From positions 2,745 to 66,744 of the forward strand of contig JAFGGP010000030.1 of assembly GCA_016930485.1 (NCBI GenBank): a stretch of DNA of 64,000 nt, written 5' to 3'. The DNA is from Candidatus Omnitrophota bacterium (GTDB taxonomy: Bacteria > Omnitrophota > Gorgyraeia > JAFGGP01). Below are positions 57,062-64,000 of this stretch, piece after piece; the stretch's first letter is position 1, and the number at the start of each line of letters is the position of its first letter. A program made the translations under genes and the position numbers. The notes under the pieces were generated by a model that saw only the letters and a list, made by a program, of their open reading frames with translations, had not been told where the DNA came from and ran no database searches.

Positions 57062-57961
57062 TCGTATATGCCACAACAAGTTATGGTAGAGGAGTCCTGC
57101 AAAAAAGAATAGCCCGCCCAATAATTCTATATAGCTCTTATCTATCCTCTTAAGACAATCGACTGCTTTTTTAAACATGCGCCTTCGAAGTTCCCTGCCA
57201 TCGTATATACCCGGAAACATCCTGGTAAGAAATACTTTGCTTTCGCTGTTCTGGTAATTCCATTTTAAAAAATGCCTCACCAACATCCTTTTTCTGGGAA
57301 TAGTATGATATACGACACACGAAGGGCAGTACCATACTGTATGTCCGCCTTTCATCATACTGAAAAAAACCTCTGTATCCTCCCCTCCTTGTGTATTTGT
57401 CCCTTTATGCCCTAAACATGTTTTAAAAAGATAGGCCTCGTCATTAAAGATGCTCCTTCGTATAACACAGTTTGCGGTAATGAACTCATGCAGTAATGAT
57501 ATAATGCGAAACGGGGTATCTCCGTAATCCAATAACCCGAGGGCCTTGCACAGATTATCTGTTATCCAGGGCGGTCTTTGGATTTCCCATTTTGGCAGCA
57601 CTCTTCCCGCTATACAATCTACGTCACGGTCTCGAAGATTTTTAACTATCTCGATAAGCCACAGAGCATCGACTTGGACATCATCGTCGATAAAGGCAAG
57701 GAACTCTCCCTTTGCCTCTTTGATACCCCTGTTTCTGGCGCACGAACTGCCCTGTGCGGGTTCACAAAAATAACGGATGTTTCCGCCAAAAAGCGGAGAG
57801 ACAGATTCCACCGTCTCTTTTGTATAGTCGGAAGAGTTATTGTCGACCACGATAACTTCGTAAGCGGCATCTTCGGGCGCTTTGGCAGCAAGAATGCTGT
57901 GCAATGCGTTATGCAGGCCCTCGGCGTTATTATACGTGGGTATAACGACACTAATCTGCAT
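57050..57961 (-). CDS. GT2 glycosyltransferase
   Basis: MQISVVIPTYNN, VIVVDNNSSDYT, ARNRGIKEAKGEFLAFIDDDV. A tandem paralogue of the upstream gene. The start is set at ATG 57961. Confidence 0.8.
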   Translation of the reverse strand: MQISVVIPTYNNAEGLHNALHSILAAKAPEDAAYEVIVVDNNSSDYTKETVESVSPLFGGNIRYFCEPAQGSSCARNRGIKEAKGEFLAFIDDDVQVDALWLIEIVKNLRDRDVDCIAGRVLPKWEIQRPPWITDNLCKALGLLDYGDTPFRIISLLHEFITANCVIRRSIFNDEAYLFKTCLGHKGTNTQGGEDTEVFFSMMKGGHTVWYCPSCVVYHTIPRKRMLVRHFLKWNYQNSESKVFLTRMFPGIYDGRELRRRMFKKAVDCLKRIDKSYIELLGGLFFFAGLLYHNLLWHIRKRK

Positions 57962-58877
57962 TGTCAGCCTGGTTGTGTTTTGATAAGGTGTATACAATCA
58001 GCCCTATAAAGCGGGCGCATAATGTAAGTAATTCTATATACCTTTTGTGGAGGGTAATAAGATTACGCATAATGAGCTTTGTTCGCTTGAGCAGCATTGC
58101 TTTTTTGCTTTCATACAAGCCTAACGGAAAAAATGTCTGCAGTTTTCCCATGCTCTGTCCATAGTAGAAATTCCATTTTAATAAATACCCAACGGACATC
58201 CTGTGTCTTGGTACTATATGATATACGAAGGCCGAAGGCCAGTACCATATTAAGCGGTGATCCCTGAGTAATCTTAAAAATAATTCCGTTTCCTCACTGG
58301 AAAGAACTCTTTTCCCTGTTCTGCCCAATTGGGTTTTAAACAAATACCTCTCGTTGTCAAATAGGCTGCGTTTTACGCAAAAACTTGTCCCTACAAACTG
58401 TCTGTCTCTCGATCGTATATGAAATGGCTGGTCGCCGTAATCTAAAAGCCCTAAGTTCATACTCAAGGCGTCCGTCAACCAGGCGGGTCTCTCCGATTCC
58501 CAGCGCGGAAGAACCTTCACAGCTATACAGTCCGGGGTATGTTCTTTTATGCAACGCAGTAATTCGATAAGCCAGTTTTGATCAACACAAACATCATCGT
58601 CAATAAATGCCAGATAGGCGCCCTTCGCTTCTTTAATGCCCCTATTCTTTGCGTAAGAAAGGCCTTGTTGCTTTTCAAGATAAGAGCGGATGGTTAAAAA
58701 CGGTTTGAAGCCCTCAATCACCTCTCTTGTATTATCGGATGAGTTATTATCGACTATTATAATTTCGTGGTCAATTGCATCGAGATTTCTCAAATGCGAC
58801 ACACTTTCCAATAACCGCCTTAATTGCTGTGCGCGATTGTAACTACAGATAATGAGGCTGATAAATGGGGCATTCAT
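57951..58877 (-). CDS. GT2 glycosyltransferase
   Basis: ISLIICSYNR, IIIVDNNSSDNT, AKNRGIKEAKGAYLAFIDDDV. Confidence 0.8.
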   Translation of the reverse strand: MNAPFISLIICSYNRAQQLRRLLESVSHLRNLDAIDHEIIIVDNNSSDNTREVIEGFKPFLTIRSYLEKQQGLSYAKNRGIKEAKGAYLAFIDDDVCVDQNWLIELLRCIKEHTPDCIAVKVLPRWESERPAWLTDALSMNLGLLDYGDQPFHIRSRDRQFVGTSFCVKRSLFDNERYLFKTQLGRTGKRVLSSEETELFLRLLRDHRLIWYWPSAFVYHIVPRHRMSVGYLLKWNFYYGQSMGKLQTFFPLGLYESKKAMLLKRTKLIMRNLITLHKRYIELLTLCARFIGLIVYTLSKHNQADNAD

Positions 58878-58948
58878 GTAAGTATGCGTCGTATAAGATC
58901 GTTATCCGTTGATTGTGTAACAGCCATCGCCATAGTAGCAGGCTCTGC

Positions 58949-60391
58949 TTAAAAGGGTTGTGCGAGGTTCGACGTAAGAACGTGCCTTATCGTGTATAGC
59001 TCTTCTTTTGATATCAACTGCAATATATATGATACCAGTATAAAAGCCGATGCTATGTATAAAGCCCTGTAAAAAAGCATCTGGAAAGGAATAAATAAGG
59101 TGCCCCCTGCTACAATGCACAGGGTCAATACCATTTTAAGAAAGAATGCCGCAGGGAAAGAAGCGCCTGTTTTCATTTTAACCATGAGAAAATATATTCC
59201 GCACACAAGCGCATTTGTCGCAAGGGTTGCCACCCCCGCCCCCATATAATCATATTTAGGGATTAACATAATATTTAATACGATATTTATCAGTACGCAT
59301 AGGGCCTCGATAACGGTGCACATGGGTTGATTGCCGCTGGCATTCAACATAGTTGCTGAACCGTATATGAGAAATCGGAACAGAATCATACCGGCAATAA
59401 TCGAGAATAGCGGCAGTGCGGGAAAATATGCGGGGCCAAAGGTGATCTGTAGAATCCACCTGCTAAAAAAGAAAAGGTAAACCCCGATGAACGATGCGAT
59501 AAAAAATAATGACTTAATAGTCATGATATATGCGGTGAGTAACCGCTTTTTATCCGTATAATAGAACGCCACCATATGCGGCAGGACAGATTGTGTAATC
59601 GCCTCAGGAAAAAGCATTAAAACAACCCCGACCTTTACTGCTACCTGATATATGCCAACCGATACATCGCCTTTTATATACGAGAGCAGTACTGTATCTA
59701 TACCTAAATACAACATAGCAAAACATAAAAAGAGGGCGTATGGTGCTGAAAGTTTCACAAGGGCCAGCCCCTCCTGCAGAGACGGCAATTGCAATACAAT
59801 AGACCCAACATGTGCCCGGTAGAGAAAAAAGGTAAACATGCAGGATATCACTTTTAAAATCAGAAATAACCATACAAGTGCTGTAACCCCGTATCCCTTC
59901 TGAAGCAATCCTACGCCGCACAGCAATAGGAGCGGTTTTTCAAAAAATTCCGAATACGCCTCAAGGTGCGCCTTTTTGAGACCTCGAAAGAGATCGTTTA
60001 TAAATTCCTGGTATGATTTAAATATAATGTAAATACCTAATATATACACAAGGATTTTTGTCTGGGTGTCATAACCCATCAGGTTAATCGCGATAATGAT
60101 GACTAACTCGACGATAAGGGCGAAAAAAATCTTGAGGGTAAACGCGTACTGTATGGTTTTCCGTGATTCATCCAAATTCTTTGCAACTTCTCTATTCAAA
60201 TATCTGCGGAATCCTAAATCGGAAAGGATGATGAATAAGGAGGTAAATGCAAACGCAAAATTCAGTTTACCAAACTGGGAGGGGCCTAATGTGCGGCCTG
60301 CGTACACAATAAGAAGAAATAAAAAAAGATATTCGACTATTCTTTTAACAAGCAGTGAAACTATATTTTGAAATACACTCTTTAAATGCAT
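58949..60391 (-). CDS. MOP-superfamily oligo/polysaccharide flippase (Wzx-like)
   Basis: 480 aa, ~12-14 TM, typical polysaccharide-biosynthesis-protein composition. Confidence 0.7.
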   Translation of the reverse strand: MHLKSVFQNIVSLLVKRIVEYLFLFLLIVYAGRTLGPSQFGKLNFAFAFTSLFIILSDLGFRRYLNREVAKNLDESRKTIQYAFTLKIFFALIVELVIIIAINLMGYDTQTKILVYILGIYIIFKSYQEFINDLFRGLKKAHLEAYSEFFEKPLLLLCGVGLLQKGYGVTALVWLFLILKVISCMFTFFLYRAHVGSIVLQLPSLQEGLALVKLSAPYALFLCFAMLYLGIDTVLLSYIKGDVSVGIYQVAVKVGVVLMLFPEAITQSVLPHMVAFYYTDKKRLLTAYIMTIKSLFFIASFIGVYLFFFSRWILQITFGPAYFPALPLFSIIAGMILFRFLIYGSATMLNASGNQPMCTVIEALCVLINIVLNIMLIPKYDYMGAGVATLATNALVCGIYFLMVKMKTGASFPAAFFLKMVLTLCIVAGGTLFIPFQMLFYRALYIASAFILVSYILQLISKEELYTIRHVLTSNLAQPF

Positions 60392-60416
60392 CTTCTCATT
60401 TTTTCTGTATTCTACC

Positions 60417-61892
60417 TTACAGCTGCCATATCACAATATCTTTGACAATCTGCCCAAAGTCAAAATACGCCGCTTTAGTTACTAAATAAATAACTAATAG
60501 AGGGATGCCAAATCGTACAAATCGTAAGAGGGGATTGCGGCAATTCTTGCAGATATCATATATCCGTATAAGAGCATCCGAAGCCAGTAGAATAAGTGCA
60601 GGCAATGATGCAAGGATATATCGACATTCATATTCTCTGAAAAAGCTAAAAAATAACAACGGCGGAAGAGCAACGAAAAAAAACAGTATATTGTATTTAT
60701 TCCACTGGGGTGCAAAGAGCAGCGAAATAAAAACAAAATAATACACAGGGAATAACGTAGTAAGCCGGTCAATATAAAATGTAAGTGGCTCGTCATTAAA
60801 GGCATACATATCCTGAGAAAGATTAAAACTGTGTCTGTAAAAAAATCGCCGTATATCAAAAAAATGGGCAAGTCCGTATACGCATACAGCCGTGGAAATA
60901 AAAAAGACGGTGATCTTTATGCTTTTGTGGTTAACGCACAGACTAATACAATGCTTTGCGCCACTTAGTATGCGGTCGCAAAAAATCCGCACAATAAGCA
61001 AAAGTGATGTTATAAGTAAAGAGCCGCCACCCAATAGTATGTATCGTATGTGTTTCTGCAGTCCGGCGTCGTTTATATTCGAATCGGCTACCAGGCTTTT
61101 TACATAGGTGGTTAGAAAAGTGCCCTCCTGACCATAGACCCTGTAGAGCCAGATCAGCCAGGGCAGTACCACAAGAAAAGATAACAAGATAAAAAGACCG
61201 AAATACCGCTTTGACCGTATTTCCTCAATAATAAAAATAACAAAAAGTGCCACGCCCGCGCATGATAATACCGCAAATTCCTTGGTAAGTAAAGAAAGGC
61301 CGAATGCTACCCCTGATGCGATCAGCCATCTTCCGTTTTTCTGCAACCCTAATATAAGAAACAAAATTCCCGCATAAATAAAAAAGACATAGCTAGTTTC
61401 AAGCCACACTCTCTTAGAACAGAGTACATGCACTGGTTCAACCGCTAAAAATAGCGCTGCCAGAATTGCCCGTCGTTCATCAAAGGCAAAAACAGCAATG
61501 TAATACAACGCTATTATAGTCAAGACACCAAATACCAGAGAAGTATATATTCCGGTTTTTCTGTCGTTGCCGAAGATGCGAAAAGCTAAAGAGACAATAT
61601 ATGGAAAAAGCGGAGGATGTTTAAAAAGAGGTGCTTTTAGATATTCGGGGGCGGGTTTGCCCTCTGCTTTGAGCCGGTGATATACATGAACCATGGAATA
61701 AGCCGTAGGATCGTGCATGAGTTGCCCGGCCAAATGAAGATAGACCTTTTCATCAAAGGTTTCCGTTGTGCGTTGACTAACCGCTTGTGCGCGAAGCCAT
61801 GTCGCGAAAAAGAGTATGACAACCAGTGCGATAATCGCATATTCCTTCAAAAATGCCTTTTGCCTCTCTGAGGCAACGTCTTTCTGTACCAT
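60417..61892 (-). CDS. GT-C glycosyltransferase, ArnT/PMT (GT39/GT83)-like
   Basis: First-loop acidic motif TFDEKVY, ~11 TM, KHPPLFPY. Confidence 0.7.
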   Translation of the reverse strand: MVQKDVASERQKAFLKEYAIIALVVILFFATWLRAQAVSQRTTETFDEKVYLHLAGQLMHDPTAYSMVHVYHRLKAEGKPAPEYLKAPLFKHPPLFPYIVSLAFRIFGNDRKTGIYTSLVFGVLTIIALYYIAVFAFDERRAILAALFLAVEPVHVLCSKRVWLETSYVFFIYAGILFLILGLQKNGRWLIASGVAFGLSLLTKEFAVLSCAGVALFVIFIIEEIRSKRYFGLFILLSFLVVLPWLIWLYRVYGQEGTFLTTYVKSLVADSNINDAGLQKHIRYILLGGGSLLITSLLLIVRIFCDRILSGAKHCISLCVNHKSIKITVFFISTAVCVYGLAHFFDIRRFFYRHSFNLSQDMYAFNDEPLTFYIDRLTTLFPVYYFVFISLLFAPQWNKYNILFFFVALPPLLFFSFFREYECRYILASLPALILLASDALIRIYDICKNCRNPLLRFVRFGIPLLVIYLVTKAAYFDFGQIVKDIVIWQL

Positions 61893-62019
61893 AAGTTCAC
61901 CCTTGTTGCGTTAATGGTGCAAACTGATGTCCGATTCGATGCGGCTTCCTAGTGCAAAGATATTTTGCTTATTATAGCATAATTTGTTACAATAAGAGCC
62001 GGAAAAATACGGGGTCTCT

Positions 62020-62301
62020 ATGTTGAAATTTCTGATCGGTTGTGTTATTGGCGCCTTGCTTACAGTAACCGCTTATTTTTTATTTCCCATCGATCCGAGA
62101 CTGCAGATAGAAATCGGCAGGTTATTAGACCGTGACACCCTGTACCTCAATAACGGGCATATCATAGAGGGGTGGATCGTGCGGGAAAATGAGCAGGAGC
62201 TGCTCGTTGAATTAGAGACAGGAAGTTTTTCGATCCGCCGTTCTGACTGTAATATGCTACGCAAGAATACATTTTTGCGGTATATACGCCAACTGATCTA
62301 G
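62020..62301 (+). CDS. Small membrane-anchored protein
   Basis: 93 aa with N-terminal TM LIGCVIGALLTVTAYFLF. Confidence 0.45.
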   Translation: MLKFLIGCVIGALLTVTAYFLFPIDPRLQIEIGRLLDRDTLYLNNGHIIEGWIVRENEQELLVELETGSFSIRRSDCNMLRKNTFLRYIRQLI

Positions 62302-62303
62302 CC

Positions 62304-63200
62304 GTGGATCGTCATCACGCATCCCCATTCCAGCAACAGGCAAAACGGACATTTCTCCGTATCCAGGTACGTCTCCCCGCCATTCTCTATTTTAACCGCA
62401 CCCAATACAAACAAATTCGCATCAATGAGTTAAGTGCCGGGGGACTCTCTTTCACTATTGCAAAAAAGGTTCTCCTTCCCGAACTGTTTGAATTGCACCT
62501 TAAGCTTAAGCCCTTCTCCCCACCAATAGGTATGACGCTCAGGGTGCGCAGCAGAACGCCCCTTCCCGACGGCAGTGAGCGGGTCGGTTGTCAATACGTG
62601 CGGGTTAGCGAAGGCAATAAGCTGGCAATTAACGACTTTATCTGGAAATACGCCTATCTCTCATCCCCCTTCAAGGTGGTCTATGCCGCCGCTTTTTTTC
62701 TCTGCCTCGATGCCTCCCTCAGGCTTTTTCTTTTTTTGATCCAGATGTACTACGGCAATCTGGAGGCCAATGAGTTATTCCCCGGCACCGCTATAGGGAG
62801 TCGCTATTTAATCATGCTGCTCGCCTATTTCCTTTTTTCCCTGGGTGCCTTTATATCTATCGACCCTTCGCGCAAAAGAACATATGTTAATTTCCTCTCC
62901 GGTATCGCATGCCTGACCCCGCCGTTTTTATTTATTCTTTCTAAAAACCTCATGTACTTTAGAATGCAGCTGTGGTACAGCCGCTATGCACTGGTAAAGA
63001 TAGTCCTGGGGCTCGATATGTTACTCATGTTTTTTGTGGGCTTTGTCGTTGCCGTCGGGTTTATCTCGCTTCCCAAGGTAAAAAATATACTGCACCTCAC
63101 CGAAGAACACCTGAAGGGAATGCGGTCAAGAAAAACGGAGGAAGGCAATAAGAATGTATCAGGGGGTAGCGGAAAGGATCGCCCGTACCCGCTCCAGTAA
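62304..63200 (+). CDS. PilZ-domain (c-di-GMP-binding) protein with C-terminal 4-TM region
   Basis: RTFLR...(N)ELSAGGLSF fits RxxxR / [DN]xSxxG. GTG start. Confidence 0.7.
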   Translation: MDRHHASPFQQQAKRTFLRIQVRLPAILYFNRTQYKQIRINELSAGGLSFTIAKKVLLPELFELHLKLKPFSPPIGMTLRVRSRTPLPDGSERVGCQYVRVSEGNKLAINDFIWKYAYLSSPFKVVYAAAFFLCLDASLRLFLFLIQMYYGNLEANELFPGTAIGSRYLIMLLAYFLFSLGAFISIDPSRKRTYVNFLSGIACLTPPFLFILSKNLMYFRMQLWYSRYALVKIVLGLDMLLMFFVGFVVAVGFISLPKVKNILHLTEEHLKGMRSRKTEEGNKNVSGGSGKDRPYPLQ

Positions 63201-63575
63201 ATTCCTGATAGAAAACGGCTTTTTGATGTGATGCCTGAAGAGAATGGGATCGGTTATGCCAAGGTACTCGACCTGCTTTTCCGCCTTTGCCGTCATAAAA
63301 AGAACCGGTATCCTCCGCGTAAATGCGTGGTCTTTTAACTCCTTGTAAACGGCAATGCCGTCGGGCGGTGGCATCATAATATCCAGAATAATTAAATGCG
63401 GTCTCATGACCTTGGCGAGATTCAACCCCTCCTTACCGGAAAGGGCCGAGTGCACAATGTAGCCTTCGCCCTTGAGGGCCGTGGTGACCGTCTTAAGGAT
63501 GTGTGGCTCATCGTCGATCACCAGAATCTGTTTGCGTTTTCTTCTCACAAAAAACCTGCGCAGAAAATCAAGCAT
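63159..63575 (-). CDS. Stand-alone response-regulator receiver domain
   Basis: ILVIDDEPH..., LIILDIMMPPPDG, VLFMTAK. Confidence 0.85.
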   Translation of the reverse strand: MLDFLRRFFVRRKRKQILVIDDEPHILKTVTTALKGEGYIVHSALSGKEGLNLAKVMRPHLIILDIMMPPPDGIAVYKELKDHAFTRRIPVLFMTAKAEKQVEYLGITDPILFRHHIKKPFSIRNLLERVRAILSATP

Positions 63576-63578
63576 CTC

Positions 63579-63968
63579 TTACTCCCCCAAAAGACCCCTA
63601 ATGGCATCCAGGACTTCGTCGTTCTTGAACGGCTTTGTGATATAGGCACTGATACCCTCTAACTCGAAAATATCCTGCATATGCGGGCCCTGTGCGGTCA
63701 TCACGATAATCGGAATAGCACTGAGAGTGGCCAGTTCTGAGTCCTGCTCCAATTTTAAAGCGCGTATCTTCCTCACTGTCGTATACCCGTCCTGATTCGG
63801 CATGACCGCATCCATTAAAATCAAATCGGGTTTCACCTCCTTTACTCGTTCAAACCCCTCCTTTCCGTCAGAGGCAACAAAAACCGCATAGCCCGATACC
63901 TCAAGAAACTTTCTGAGCACCAATACAATATGCTCTTCGTCATCAACAACCAGGATTTTCTTATTCAT
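63579..63968 (-). CDS. Stand-alone response-regulator receiver domain
   Basis: ILVVDDEEH..., LILMDAVMPNQDG, IIVMTAQ. Confidence 0.85.
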   Translation of the reverse strand: MNKKILVVDDEEHIVLVLRKFLEVSGYAVFVASDGKEGFERVKEVKPDLILMDAVMPNQDGYTTVRKIRALKLEQDSELATLSAIPIIVMTAQGPHMQDIFELEGISAYITKPFKNDEVLDAIRGLLGE

Positions 63969-64000
63969 AGAGCACCCTCCTGTTATCCTGATTCCCTCCC

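Overview
The main result is a giant ORF that the supplied ORF track does not show. (i) 1-26,844 is one uninterrupted minus-strand ORF of at least 8,948 codons. It starts at ATG 26,844 and its 3' end lies beyond the left edge. It encodes a signal peptide, a ~370-aa P/E/T/A-rich region, and then a chain of enzyme-like modules separated by about 11 hydrophobic helices or hairpins. The modules are two glycosyltransferases, HAD phosphatase(s), an RlmN/Cfr-like radical-SAM module, a phosphodiester-glycosidase-like module, TPR/helical repeats, a PP2C phosphatase, a JAB/MPN-like module and a GHKL ATPase. (ii) 27.5-31 kb holds accA, a LysM L,D-transpeptidase, a DUF212/PAP2 protein and a coiled-coil membrane protein. 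(iii) comM/yifB is split at its NPCPCG codons by a 16.8-kb AT-rich integrated element (about 32,411-49,249). The element is bounded by a 13-bp imperfect direct repeat. It carries a large serine recombinase, a second (tyrosine) integrase, a HerA/FtsK-like ATPase-nuclease fusion, an HNH protein, many ORFans and cargo genes (enolase, cation/H+ antiporter, TauE). (iv) A REP/RAYT unit lies at 49.8-50.5 kb, with a third REP copy at 27.2 kb. (v) 50.7-61.9 kb is a surface-glycosylation locus (2 GT-C/PMT-like, 4 GT2, Wzx-like flippase). It is interrupted by ychF and carries a ~150-nt repeat that supplies the last codons and stop of two genes. (vi) The right end holds a PilZ membrane protein and two stand-alone receiver domains. 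I recognised no rRNA, tRNA or CRISPR array. The taxon cannot be determined from sequence alone; the giant-ORF style is reminiscent of Omnitrophota-type uncultivated bacteria (inference only). All calls come from reading and hand translation; no searches were run.
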